NCBI RefSeq assembly: GCF_009914755.1 | Contig: NC_060928.1 | Length of the DNA: 64,000 bases | Strand: one strand, 5' to 3' | From: the human T2T-CHM13v2.0 reference genome, Homo sapiens | Shown: positions 1 to 13,886 of the stretch, one piece after another | How positions within the stretch are numbered: position 1 is the stretch's first letter | Layout of the letters: each line of letters opens with the position of its first letter | Program-made: the position numbers and the translations under genes | Notes under the pieces: model-generated | Databases searched by the model: none | What the model saw: only the letters and a program-made list of their open reading frames with translations | Told to the model about the DNA's origin: nothing

Positions 1-88
1 AATCATGTATTTTGCAGCAACATGGATGGAACTAGAAGCCATTATCCTTAATGAAACAACTTAGTAACAGAAAGTCAAATACTGCATC
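1..88 (+). mobile_element. L1 3'-end fragment (L1MA/L1PB-like), cut by window start
   Basis: TTTGCAGCAACATGGATGGAACTAGAAGCCATTATCCT is the typical L1 ORF2-end/3'UTR motif. Confidence 0.7.
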
Positions 89-1129
89 TTAAAATTTTTG
101 GGAATATTAATGAAAATGTGTCATAACATTTCAAATTGATATATGATATTCTTCAAGTTATGTCTTATCTAATATTTATATAGCCATATAATTCATAAAA
201 GCTGTGTAAGCCATAAAATCATATATGCCAATTTTGTTGGTTCTGTTAAACAGGAAAATAAGGGCAACATTATTACGTTTTGATTTAAATTTGCAGGATT
301 GATAAGAAAAATTATTGTTTGTTATTGCTAACCTTTTTCTAAAATAGACATTAAATACATTTTAAAATAGAGTCACAAAGCTTTGAACCAAAGTAGAAAT
401 GGTGGAGGAACCTTGTACTTTACAGATGGGCTGCCAGCTAATTGCACCTTTTGCGTAATGGCTATATATTTGATGGATTTCGCAATCTTAGAATGCTTCC
501 AATTTTTATTTGCAAAGTAGCATATTAATAATTGCCTTGCAATTTTGAGATGAAGAGTAAATAATATAAATTTTTATAAGACACTTGGCACATAGTCAGT
601 GCTCAATAAAGGTAAAAGGTGTTATTGTTGCTATAGTTTCCTGGAATAAATAACTGCTGTACAGTGTTTCTCATGGTGCTTGCAATAAAGGAAGCAACAT
701 TCGCTTGGTTGTCTGGATTCTGAAATACTGCATCTCTGAAATTCATTCATATTATGCAAATAGTGTGATAAACATTTTTATTCCTCTATTCCTGCCTTTC
801 TCAAACTCCAAATTATAACTTACCTACAGAATCCCCTGTATTGAGGTTGGTTTTTAACTGTGCCTTTAAGTTATTCTGTAGTTTTTAAAACTGCTTTAGT
901 ATTTACAATAGTTGGCAGTCATGAAGGTAGTAAATTATGACCTTTATTCGTTATCATAAGAACCCCAGTTTGAACAGAGATTGCACATGACTTTATTTTC
1001 CTTCTGTGCTTCAGGAGTGTGCAGTTGCTTTTCTGAAACTCCAAGGGAGAATTTGTGAGTGTATTTATATATATGCTACTAGAAAAGTAATTGAAGAATA
1101 GAATAGAAGAAGCAATGTAAAGGCTTCTT

Positions 1130-1290
1130 AGAAAACATTAAACTAGTAGAGATTATTCAGCCTGAAGAATAGAAGGCTGAAGTGCAATATGCAGCGAAAT
1201 GTTTAACTATAGTGTGAGATGATTTATGTTAACTATAAAGGAGAACCTCCCTGGGCTGAATGATAGTTATTAGACCATGGTACAGATTAG
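1130..1290 (+). mobile_element. L3/CR1 LINE remnant
   Basis: ATTATTCAGCCTGAAGAATAGAAGGCTGA resembles the CR1/L3 RT C-terminal motif (TTTAGCCTGGAGAAGAGAAGACTGA). Confidence 0.45.
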
Positions 1291-1581
1291 AGAAAGAGTT
1301 TATGGAATAACTCCAAAATTTCCTAAAATATCAGAGTGTCCTACTTAAATCGTATGCTATTGGTCTTACTGAAAACTATAAAAATGCAGAGATTTTATAC
1401 ACTGTTTTTGTTCTTTAAAAAAACCCAGTGTTTAGTAACATGAAATTAAAGAAATAATGGAACACAATTCCACAAGTATCAGAAAATGTGCTACCTTGTT
1501 GAGTAAATTGAAAAAAGCAGGCATTACTTCCATTCTGCTTAAGAAAAAAAAAAGATTTATTTTAGGTCTGCTGTGTGATAG

Positions 1582-1935
<354 letters not shown>

Positions 1936-2015
1936 GTCCTATACTACTCTTTTATGGGAAAAAGTAGCTCAACTGGGTGTGAAAACATTAATGTTCTGAT
2001 ATAGGGTCTGCTACT

Positions 2016-2059
2016 TATACTATATTATATGGAATAATATACTATATTATATGGAATAA
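2016..2059. repeat. Perfect 22-bp tandem duplication
   Basis: TATACTATATTATATGGAATAA at 2016-2037 and 2038-2059. Confidence 0.9.
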
Positions 2060-2879
2060 GTCATTTTAATTTTCTGCATCTTTTTTTACTCACTATGCTA
2101 ATTGATCTCTAAAATTTTCAAATTATAATGTTCTGTGAGTAAATAAAATAATGAAAAGTAAATGTTTTTTAGTCTCATATACTAAGGCACATTTAATGCA
2201 CCTCCCAGTCTTTAACATGCATTCTGATTGGATTATTTATTCATTTGGGGAAATCTTATACATTGTACAATATCTTAACTAAATTTGATTTGCATTTTCA
2301 TGTAGCTAGGATATGTAATTTAGGAAACAATATAAATTATAAATAATTAAAACCTATTTTTGATAAAGAGGGTGTTAATGTAAGCTAGTGATCCTAGTAA
2401 GTTTTTTCATTACGCTCTTGTCTTTTGTTTCTGGTACTCTACAAATTTCAAGTCATACATTAAAGTGGGATCTCTGTATCTGATTCAGGTTCTGCTATGT
2501 CATAATCCAATGATGTCTCTTAAATCATATTTTCTTTCCTTGGCAGTTTTATTATTATCACTGCTTAGAAATACTGAGGCAACAAAATCGTATTTCTAAT
2601 ATCTTAAAGGATGGAATATTATTTCATAAAGTGAGATTACCTAATTGCTTGTTATGTTTTTGTTCTCTATAATGAGAGAGGAAATTAAGATAATCACCTT
2701 GAGTTGATTTTCTGATTTTTATCAGGAAGATAAAATAACTTCCCTGTGCTTTTTCATATGCAATATTTTGATAGTAAAATAGTGGTTTACTGTTTGAAAC
2801 CTAGAGGAAAGAGAAAAGAAAATAATAATAAATTGTGTTAATCCACACTTGGAAATTTTCTATACCTTGTAAACATTTA

Positions 2880-3030
2880 TTTCTTACAATTTTCTATTAA
2901 AGTAGATATTAACATCTTCACTTTTTTGATGAAAAAACTGAGATTCAATCAGGTTTATTAGTTTGTCTAAGAACCCAGTCAACAAGTGAAACCTGGATGC
3001 CTGCTCAGTTCCAAAGCTCGGAGTGTTTCT
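2880..3030 (-). mobile_element. MIR SINE remnant
   Basis: TTTTGATGAAAAAACTGAGATTCA is the reverse MIR core. Confidence 0.6.
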
Positions 3031-3139
3031 AGTACACCAGATATTCTGGCTACACACAAGAAACAAATGGGAACCTTAAAAATACCAATGAATTCAATGT
3101 TCAAGATCAATTGAGAACCACTAAAGTATATCGTTTATG

Positions 3140-3288
3140 TTCTTGAGACAAGGTCTTGCTTGCTTTGTCACCCAGCTAGAATGCAGTGGCACAATCATAG
3201 CTCACTGCAAGCTTAAACCCTGGGTTCAAGCAATACTGTGGGCCTCCCAAAGTGCTGGGATTACAGGTGCGACTACCACACCCAGCCT
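3140..3288 (-). mobile_element. Alu monomer (FRAM/AluJ-derived)
   Basis: Single ~150-bp arm: GAGACAAGGTCTTG...GCTCACTGCA...CCCAAAGTGCTGGGATTACAGG. Confidence 0.8.
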
Positions 3289-3641
3289 ATACTTTATTTT
3301 TCTTCACAATTTTTTCAAATATTTATTTTACAATATTTTAGTGAAAAATAAGTCAAATCTAAAACATATGTTTGCCAGTTATGTTATTTCCCATTGCAAT
3401 ATTGTAGATGAACAGATGGTTAGCTATTAGTTCCATCTGTATGACCAAAATAGAGAGTAATTGTGTGTTATTGTTACTTGTAGGTTCACTTGTCAAGGAT
3501 GAGTGTTTCCAATTCTACAAATAAAAATTGTATTATTTTCTAGTTGTTTGAAAGTGAAGCTAATGCTTAAGAATGTAAGTTACCTGTTTGCTACTACCAT
3601 TTAAAAGATAAAAATTGGTTTTTCAGTTTGGAGATACTTTT

Positions 3642-3717
3642 AAAAAAATCTCTATTTAGTTAATAAGAAATTCTATACAAAAAAAATCTCTACTTAGTTT
3701 ACAAGATATTTTATACA
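3642..3717. repeat. Diverged 38-bp tandem duplication
   Basis: AAAAAAATCTCTATTTAGTTAATAAGAAATTCTATACA vs AAAAAAATCTCTACTTAGTTTACAAGATATTTTATACA (33/38 identical). Confidence 0.8.
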
Positions 3718-4241
3718 AATAACTGTTTTGGCACATTCATGTATGAGACCGGCTTTTAAGAGTCAAAGGATTAATTTGAAATATTGATGGTATGAGTATG
3801 ATAGAAATTTCATAATAGAAATATTACAAAATGGATAAAATGTTTTCTATGTGCTTAGTTATTTACTAATACATTGACTTCTCATTTCATTACACATTTC
3901 CAGCTAGATGGCAAGCAATTCAAAATGGGACTTAATGTAATGATATAATTTTGTGATTTGTGTGTCTCCTTTAAACTTTCAATCATAGATTAAATTTTAA
4001 TTTGTTAATGTGTTCTCACAGGATAAACAAGGCACAAATTCCTACTATATACTAACGGAAAAGGGAGTTTTTTTTGTCAAAAGCATTAAAGCAATTTGTT
4101 AATAGAATTCATCAGCATTGTATTTTTCTACCTTAACATACTACCTTGTGGTTCACATTAATAGTTATAATAATTATAAAATAATTTCATAAATTTAGAT
4201 ACTTGGGTAATTGACAAATATCTATTTACAAAGCTGGTTTA

Positions 4242-4610
<369 letters not shown>

Positions 4611-4961
4611 TTAGTTCTGTGGAAAAGTAGATGTTTGCGAAGATTACTATATTAAACATTTAATCCTGAAAAATTCAAGTCCTTGTTTAGTGAACTTATT
4701 TTTCCATTACTTTTGGCTTTCTATTACATTATTATCCAGTACAATTTTAGTGAGTATCTAGTAAGTTTAAGGATTATATTAGGTGGTAGGATATAGTATA
4801 TCTATAGTAGGGGTCCTTGCTATAACAGAAGAGCAGGGAAGAAAAACATTAAACAAATACTTATAAGTGTTGTATGTCATGTATTTTCTGCGCTTTGTGA
4901 CATATGGCTGTAATTTCGAGGTAGGGAGAGGTTCTAAGGACTGAAACATATGCTGAGATTT

Positions 4962-5258
4962 TTTTTTCTTTTTTTTTTTGAGACGGAGTCTTGCTGTCGC
5001 CCAGGCTGGAGTGCAGTGGCGTGATCTCGGCTCACTGCAGGCTCCGCCCCCAGAGTTCACGCCATTCTCCTGCCTCAGCCTCCTGAGTAGCTGGGACTAC
5101 AGGCACCCGCCACCTCGCCCGGCTAATTTTTTGTATTTTTAGTAGAGACGAGGTTTCACTGTGTTAGCCAGGATGGTCTCGATCTCCTGACCTCGTGATC
5201 CACCCCCCTCGGCCTCCCAAAGTGCTGGGATTACAGCTATAAGCTAGCGCCTCCGGCC
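4962..5258 (-). mobile_element. AluY, full length, inserted into an L2 remnant
   Basis: AluY diagnostics (TTCACGCCATTCTCC, CpG-rich). Perfect 14-bp TSD ATATGCTGAGATTT at 4948-4961 and 5259-5272. Flank TTTCCAGCTGAGGGAAA...AAGGCACTGAGG is L2-like. Confidence 0.95.
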
Positions 5259-5352
5259 ATATGCTGAGATTTGAGGGGTGAAGGAAGTATATTTCCAGCT
5301 GAGGGAAATGCTAATCTGAAGGCACTGAGGCAAGAGTTTACAAAGCAGTGGG

Positions 5353-6012
5353 GTATTAGTTTGTTATTGCTGCTGTAACAAATTACCACAAACCCAGAAA
5401 CTGAAAATAACACAAACTTATTATCTCACAGTTAAATAGATCTGAAGTTTAGATGTGGGAGGTTTCTCTGGTGCAAATCTCAAAGGGCAGTCTTCAAGGT
5501 GTTGGCAGTTTGGGCTCTTATGTGGACCTTCTGACAGTGGGAGGTGTGGGAAAAGGGACTCTGTTTCCATGCTCATTCAGGTTGTTGGCATAATTCATTT
5601 CCTTGTTGCTGTTGGCTGACTTCCCCATTTCCTTACAGGCCTGGAGCCTCTGTCATATTCTTAAGGTCTTCTGCATTCCTTGTCACATGCCCCCCTCAAT
5701 CTTCAAACCGGCAGTTGTGCATGGAGTCTTTTTCACCTATCATATCTGCCTGACATCCCCCCTCTGCCACATCACTTCTGACTCTCCTTTTCATACGTTA
5801 GATGCAAAAAAAACTTTGCTCTTCAAAGTTTATATGATTATATTAAGTCTACACAGGGGATTCTGGATAATCTATTTTAAAGTTAACTGATTAGTAATTT
5901 GAATTACTAATTTAAATCTTGATTACTAAGTCCTTTTTGCCATGTTATGTTACATAGTCACAGGCTTGACACCATGGGCATAAATTATGGGGCTAAAATT
6001 CTGCCTACCGTG
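5353..6012 (-). mobile_element. MLT1 (ERVL-MaLR) solo LTR
   Basis: Starts GTATTAGTTTGTTATTGCTGCTGTAACAAATTACCACAAAC and ends AATTCTGCCTACC; both are reverse MLT1 termini. Confidence 0.8.
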
Positions 6013-6786
6013 GTGGTTGAATTTTACTGCACATGAAGAGGTCAGTGAACTGAGTGGCTAACTTGCTTTTTAGCCTGTATATTTTGGCATTAATCAGCCA
6101 AAAATGGTTGTGGTGAAGAGATAAACTAAAGTCAATGACATATCTCTAGCAATACCTAAAGGTTGGCAATTAGTAGACACAGGATGAGTAGAGGATGATA
6201 CCAGCATGAGCCTCACAGATTGGGGGAATACTGCAGGCTATGGAGTGGTGATAATTAGGAAAATGCACCAGATTGCCCTATCACGTGCTGAAGAAAAAGC
6301 TATCTTCAACTGACAGAACTCAGTGGAATCCTGGCACTTTGGAGAGAGCCAATTTTCACCAAGTCAAAAATTGAACTGAGTAGTCATTCAAAGAGTTCAT
6401 ACTGTTGAGAAGTTTGTTAAAAATTTTCCAAGAGTAAAGTAGAAAATTTTGTGGGGGAGAGGAGGAATCAGGGAAATGTATCAGGAGAAACAACACAAAG
6501 AACATTATGGGCATGGGAGCGTCAGACAGAGATGGCAGAGAGTGGTGAAAGGCAAAGTGAATTGAGTATGGATTTACAAAGAAAATAATAACTCTAATAA
6601 TCTCTTGGAAATGGATATATTTCTTTCACTAGTTATCAAGAGGTCTGCAAAGAAAGTCAAGTTGTTGAAAACTGCATGGTCTTTGGAAGAGAGTGGTAGA
6701 GTTAACACCGAATCGACTTCAGGTTCTGTGAAGTCTGGAGCATGTAAGGTCCAAGTCAGCCATTTGTTTCTGAGAGTCAGTACACC

Positions 6787-6990
6787 ATAGTGGTTAGGAA
6801 TACAGCCTGTGGCACAAGGGCTCATGGGTTCCAATCCTGTCCTTCTGACTTTGAACAATTCATTTAAACTTTCTGTGCTTCAGATTCCTCAGCTGCACAG
6901 TGGAAATAATGACATTAGTGGCCATTTCATTGTGTCATTGTGAAGATTAAATGAGTACATGGCTCATTGTTAAGTGTTAGCTACTATTAT
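6787..6990 (+). mobile_element. MIR SINE
   Basis: TAGTGGTTAGGA...GGGTTCCAATCCTG...TCTGTGCTTCAGATTCCTCAGCTG...GTGAAGATTAAATGAG. Confidence 0.75.
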
Positions 6991-7423
6991 TATTATTATA
7001 CTTTAAGTTCTGGGATACATTTGCAGAACATTCAGGTTTGTTACCTAGGTATACCTGTGCCATGGCGGTTTGCTGCACCCATCAACCCATCATATACATT
7101 AGACATTTCTTCTAATGCTATCCCTCCCCAGCCCCCCACTCCCTGACAGGCCCCGGTGGGTGATGTTCCCCTCCCTGTGTCCATGTGTTCTCATTGTTCA
7201 ACTCCCACTTACGAGTGAGAGCATGAAGTGTTTGGTTTTCTGTTCCTGTGTTAGTTTGCTGAGAATGATGGTTTCCAGCTTCATCCATGTCCCTGCAAAG
7301 AACATGAACCCATACTCTTTCATGGTTGCATAGTATCCCATGGTGTATATGTGCCATGTTTTCTTTATCCAGTCTATCATTGATGGGCATTTAGGTTGGT
7401 TCCAAGTCTTTGGTGTTGTGAAT
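6991..7423 (-). mobile_element. 5'-truncated L1PA7-like 3' end
   Basis: TATACTTTAAGTTCTGGGATACAT L1PA 3'UTR. TSD GTGTTAGCTA(C/T)TATTAT at 6974-6990 and 7437-7453. Confidence 0.9.
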
Positions 7424-9887
7424 TATTAATAATATTGTGTTAGCTATTATTATTAATGGTCATTGCTATGATTTTTTACCTACTTACCAAAGATTTCAAT
7501 ATTACACTCTATGCAACACAAATAAACAGTTTTTAGACTGAAAATCTATGCTAAACTTAATAATTTTGTGTATGTCATTTGGTTCAATAATGCTACTTAA
7601 GAAACACAGTATTAACCTCATAGAGTTAGGTATTATTGCTTGTGTGTGATGGTGGAGCTGTGTCAAAATAGTTGTTGGGAAAATAGGTTATGGTTTAAGT
7701 GATTTTGGTAGATCTAAAGATGCCAATCCTGGTAATGTAAACTTGCCTGTTGGATTACTTTTTCTTTAATAAAAACAGCCATAATCTTCTAGAAGCAGTG
7801 TTCTTGAGAAATGTATCTGTCGCTAAAAACAGAGGAGGTCAAATGATTTTTCTAGGTATAGTAGTCACAGTAAATATCTACTGTCACATGTAGGGAAGCA
7901 GCAGAAATATACTGTCGCTTCTGTTATTGGAAAACTGTCTGTATCTTTTCTAGCTGTCTCCTCCAAGCATCCTTCAATGGGGAATTAACCTTGTACAATT
8001 AAATTTGCAGCAGAGTAAAAACTTTTTAAGAAAAAGAGCCATCTTTTAAAATATTAGCCTGTTGCCATTTAGTTCAAATTATGCGATTGATAATTCAAAA
8101 CCACTTACATGCTCATTTTTATGCTATGTGAATTGAATGTCATAAAATTCATTTATTATGAACAAAATATTCAAAATGCATCAGAGTATTATATGCTGAG
8201 CTTTGATAAGAGAAAAAAGAATGATTTGACAAGGATATGAAAAATCATATACCAGGTATATGAGGTTAAATGTATTTTCAAATGCTTCTTGATTACAATA
8301 GTTAAATATTCCTTGAGAGATTTTACTATATGAATTTATTTCAGATTTCAAGTAGTCATTTGGAAATTGTTATTTTGGGAATTTTTTAGATCAACTTTTT
8401 CTAATCACAACTAGAAAATTAATACTATCACTTTGGCATAATTTGATTGGGACTGCTGGTTATTTAAAACAATTGATGTGTATAAGAAACTTTTAAAATT
8501 ATTTTAGGAAATGTAAAAAAGTATTTGATTTAGTTTCTGCCTCCAGGTACTAATACAGTAAGGGGATGAATCATGTACACATATAATTATTGCACAAGGT
8601 ATAATATAATAAGGGCCATAAGAGAAATGCAAAGCAAATGAAGTCCAAGAAGAGAGAGATTACCAGAAGCTTGGCAATCAAAACTCTGTTTTCATATTTC
8701 AGATAGACAATGGAAATATTAAGTGGAAAAGTAGGGTATGGAATATATAATAGAGTGAACTCCAATAATGAATATTTTAGAAACACACAGATACAAATAG
8801 AAAATATTGGAAGGAAATGACTAAAGGTATAATGAGTGGTCATCTCCTTCTTTCTCTTCTGCTTCTTTTGAATTTCTCAAATTTTCTACAATAATTGCAT
8901 TTTTCTCTTAAAATAAAAACTTATTAAAATATATGGTCTCATATTAATCTAAAATCTAGAGCTATGAGACAAGAGAAGAAAATGAGGAAATTTCTAAGAA
9001 TATGTTCAAGTGTAAATTTTAAAACCTGTTTATAGGAAAGAAGACAAACACCATAGTAGGTCTATAAGGATGGTTGGACTGCTTTAATACTCTATAGAAT
9101 CCCTCCTGTAGTTTATAGAGAGTCTCTGTAAAGAAAGTTATCTATTTGCTATTTTAAAGTAAACATTATTTAGAGAATATATACCACATTATGCTTGATA
9201 AGTTTGGTTATGTTATAACTTGGTAGAGGAAGGTATCGTTTAGGGGAGGGAATAAAAGCAACTAACAATTGAGTCGAACTTTTGATAAGTTTTAGGAGTC
9301 GTTGACTAAAGGTTGGTGTGAATGAATCATGTCACCTTCATTTGAGTTCTCTCTTCAACCTTTTTAGTAGAAGAAAAAAATGTGAAGGAGAGGAAATATG
9401 CTTGTAGGTATAAGTTATATTAAGTATTAATACTCATGCACTTACATGCTTTTAATATAAGTTCAATGAGAAAAAAGAGCTCTAAAATATTTGTCAAACT
9501 TTTTTTAAATGAGGATCTTTGCTTATTGTTGCAGATTAATAATATGGCTTTTTTGAAGGATATTTGCCAAAATGTCTAAAATGCTTTTAGATTGGATTAT
9601 CTTAGAGCATGTAAACAAATACAGTGATACAGTAATAGGGCTATGAGAAAAATCATTCATGAATGAACCTATTCCACAATTATGATCTCTAGCTTGCACA
9701 TGATAACATTTTCATGTCATGTCTTAATTTAAGAAGATTCTCATTGTTTATGCAAAAGCAGCTAGTAGAGTTCTTTTAATGAGATGGAATCTATTAAAGT
9801 CTCGAATTGAATACTAAAGATGCCAAGTTTAAGAAAATGTTCACATTATTGCTTACTGTTCTTTGTGAATTTTCTCACTCATACGTT

Positions 9888-10300
9888 GTATCTCAGGTTG
9901 GGATCCCTAGAAGCAGACGTTGAGACAGGATTTCAGTTGCCCATATTTATTGATGGTATTTTCTCAAGATAAAGGGAGTGAGGGAAGTGAGAAAGTTCAG
10001 CGGAATTCACTAAAGCAAGAAGGTGGTTTTCACTGCAGTCTAGATTCAGCCATATCTCATGGGGATAAGAAGGAGCATGACTTTTACCATATAATTGTCC
10101 CCACCTTGAGGCAAAGGGGCTGGCATTTTGTACCTCCATGTATTCTTTATCGATGTTGGAAAAGCAGGTTAGCAATCTGTTAGGGGAAAGAACTTCTGGT
10201 AGGCAAAGGGAAATTCTCCAAAGAAGGGGGCAACTATGAACTATCAGCAGCCAACACTCACAGCAGCTGGATCAAATAAAGAGAGTGTGGCCAGAACACT
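9888..10300 (-). mobile_element. Old ERVL-type LTR (LTR16/LTR33-like)
   Basis: TCTCAGGTTGGGATCCCTAGAAGCAGACGTTGAGACAGGATTT...TTTATTG matches the reverse end of these LTRs. Confidence 0.6.
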
Positions 10301-10514
10301 TAAACTGTTCAGTAGATATTATTGGTTAATCAAGACCATAGACATATTTAATTTAATTTCACAATGTTCAATCATTAAACTGTCACTGAGTACCTGTTAG
10401 CTACTGAAAAGTAATAGTGAACTATTATTAATATATTTTAAAAAAATACATGCCCTCCTCCTTTATCCAGGGAGAGGTCAAAATCTCTGGGGGCAAGAGT
10501 CAAGTATACCAATA

Positions 10515-12828
10515 CAGTCATACCTTAGAGATACTGAGAATTTGGTTCCAGATGCCACAGCAAAGCAAATATCTTAATAAAGTGAGTTACACACAATGTT
10601 TGGTTTCCCAGTACATGTAAAAATTATGTTTATAGTATGCTGCAGCCTATTAAGTCTGTTATAAAATTATGTCTAAGAAACCATGTACATATCTTAATTA
10701 AAAATACTTTATTGCTAAAGAGTTCTAATGGTCACCTGAGCCTAAACAGAGTCATAATCTTTTTACTGATGGAGAGTCTTGCCTTGATGTTGATGGCTGC
10801 TGATAAGGGTGATGGCTACTGAAGGTTGCGATGGCTGTGACAATTTCTTAAAATAGGATAATGAAGTGTGCCACATTAATTGACTCTTCCATTCATAAAA
10901 GATTTCTCTGTAGCACGTGATGCTGTTTGGTAGCATTTTACCCAGAGTAGAACTTTGAAAATTAGAGTCCATCCTCTCAAACTCTGCTGCTGCTTTATCA
11001 ACTAAGTTTATGTCATATTCTAAAACTTTTCTTGTCCTTTCAACAGTGTTCACAGCATCTTCAGCAGAAGTAGATTTCCTCCCAAGGAAACACTTTTTCT
11101 GCTCATCTGTAAGAAGCAACTCCTCATCTATTCAAGTTTTATCATGATATTACAGAAATTCAGTCACATCTAATTCTGGTTCTTTTGTTATATTTCCATC
11201 ACATCTGCTGTTACTTCCTCTCCTGAAGTCTTTGAAGTCTTGAACCTTTCAAAGTCATTTATGAGGGTTGGAATCCAAACTCCTGTTAATGTTGATATTT
11301 TGACTTCCTCCCATGAATTAAGAATGTTCTTAGTGGCATCTAAAATGCTGAATCCTTTCCAGAAGGTTTTTAATTTATTTTGCCTAGATTCATCAGAGGA
11401 ATCACTATCTATGAGAGCTATGGCCTTAGGAAATGTATTTTTAAAATAATAACTCTTGAAAATCAAAATTCCTTCTTGATCCATGGGCTGCAGAAGATAT
11501 GTTGTATTAGAAGACATAAAAACAACATTAATCTGCTTGTCCATCTCCATCAGAGAGTCTTAGATAACTAGATGCATTGTTCAACACGTAGTAATATTTT
11601 GAAAGGAATCTTATTTTCTAAGGAGTAGGTCTCAACAGTGGGCTTAAAGAATATTCAGTGAGCCATGTCATTAAACAGATATGTTGTTATCCATGCTTTG
11701 TTGTTTCATTAATTGAGCATGGGCAGAGTAGATTTAGCATAATTCTTAAGGACCCTAGAACTTTAAGAAGGGTAAATGAGCATTGGCTTCAACTTAAAAT
11801 CCTCAGCTGTGTTAGCCTCCAAGAGAGTCAGCCTGTCCTTGGAAGCTTTGAAGCCAGCCCTTGACTTCTCCTCCAGAAAATCTGTTATTTAGCATAGCCA
11901 CCTTTATCAGTTATCTTAGCTAGATCTTCTGGATAACTTGCTGCAGCATCTTCATCAACACTTACTGCTTCACCTTTCACTTTTATGTTATCGCTTCTTT
12001 CCTTAAACATCATGAATCAACCTTTGCTAGCTTCCAGTTTTTCTTCTGCAGTTTCCTCACTTCTCTTAGCCTTCATAGAATTGAAGAGATTAAGGGCCTT
12101 GTTGTGGATTAGGCCTTGGTTTAAGGGAATGTTACGGCTGGTTTGATCTTCTATTGAGATCACAACTTTTTCTGCACCAGCAATAAGGCTGTTTCACTTT
12201 CTTATTATTTATGCATTCACTAGAGTAGTACTTTTAATTTCCTTCAGGAATGTTTTCTTTGCTTTCACAACTTGGCTATTTTGTGCAAGAGACCTAGCTT
12301 TTGGCTTGTCTCAGTTTTAGACATGACTTCCTCACTGAGCTAAATCATTTGTAGCATTTAATTTAGGGTGAGAGAAATTGTAACTCTTCGTTTCACTTGA
12401 ATACTTAGACGCCATTGTAGCATGATTAATTGGCATAATTTAAATATTGTTGTGTTTCAGGAAATAGGGAGATCCAACGAGATGGTCAGAGACTAGAGAA
12501 TGACCAATCAGTGGAGGAATCAGACACACACAATATTTATCAATTAAGTTTGCCATTTTATGTGGCTGTGGTGTGTGGTACACCAAAAAAATTACAGTAG
12601 TAAAGTAACATCAAAGATCACTGACCACGTATCATCGTAACAGATATAATAATAATTTTAAAACTTTGAAATATTATGAGAATTACCAAAATGTGACACA
12701 GAAACACAAAAGTGAGCATAAGTTATTGGAAAAATGGCCCCAATAGATTTGCTGGAAACAGGGTTGCCACAAACCTTCAATTTGTAAAAAGCACAATAAA
12801 GTGATGCAAATAAAATGAGGTACAATTG
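10515..12828 (-). mobile_element. Tigger1 DNA transposon, near full length, decayed transposase
   Basis: Termini TA|CAGTCATACCTT and GAGGTACAATTG|TA. ORF fragments 11188-11550 (LLQPMDQEGILIFKSYY, pogo DDE-like) and 10763-11119. Confidence 0.92.
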
Positions 12829-13239
12829 TATTTATGTACAATGAGTTATGTACTAAAACAATATTCAATATTCAACTATTATGGAACAGAGAAAGGCTCA
12901 ACTATTAGTGCCATTATTTATATATATCTTAAGGTATGCTATTTGAGCTTGAAAATTATGTTTAAACTTAAACTTTTAAGTGTCCCTTCTCTGGGAAATT
13001 CACCTGTATAGAATATCTTACTTCTATGGAATGCTGTATAAACTTTGTGTACTCACATACCTGTGCATATAAAGCACATCCCATTTGTTGGGCGGCCACT
13101 TATCCCCAAACTTAAAATAAGTAAAACATAATGTGGATCAATAGTATTTGAAAACAATAAAATAACTCCTGCCAGTCACAATGAAGGGCAGAAAATACTG
13201 TGCCAGTTGAGGCACATGGATCCTTCTGCTAGGTAAATA

Positions 13240-13886
13240 TAATTAAAAACAAAATACTCTCCCAACCTAGAAATCCTCTCCACAAAGGTAGCAGGTAAAG
13301 AACACATCTGTATTATTGAGTAAGAGTTAAACCAGAATATGGTGAACATCATAGGCAAATCTCTTCACTAAAAGATTGCAAAAACAGCAACTTTGCTCTT
13401 TTATGTAGTCAAGCAGATACAACCCATTATACATACGTTTTTAAGATACGTAACATCTAGTCCTCAAATAAAAAGGACTTAGTACCACTTGTCAGGCATA
13501 GTTCATTATAAATTTAGCCAGTAATTGGGGTGACCATCTATGTTAACTAATTGGTGTTATCCAGAGGAGAAACAAACTTCTTATATCCTTATGACAGAAG
13601 GCAGCTTTTGAGTTAGATCCTACCTTCCCACAGAAGCTGGGAGATATGGATGCTAACTCTCTTGATGTTGACATTTCAAGGAGATGATGTGCAAGCCCTT
13701 AAGACATTCCTAGGTCATAAGACTGACAAAAGGCCTATTTAGCTTTGTAAAGGATTTATATATGTTTTAAAGGAGGAGAAAGTACTTAGTATTACAAGCT
13801 TTCTAAGAAAATGGAGAGGAGGGAAATCTGTTTTTTTCAATAGAGAGAATTATGCTTCATATTTTAAATTTTTCTTTGTCCTTGCA
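13240..13886 (-). mobile_element. ERV1-type solo LTR (MER67-like)
   Basis: CCTACCTTCCCACAGAAGCTGGGAGAT...CTTGATGTTGACATTTCAAGGAGATG...TTTTAAATTTTTCTTTGTCCTTGCA resembles reverse MER67. Confidence 0.6.

Noticed and set aside
3122-3296. 9-bp inverted flanks TAAAGTATA / TATACTTTA around the Alu monomer
   Set aside because: Short and AT-rich, so expected by chance; Alus make direct TSDs.
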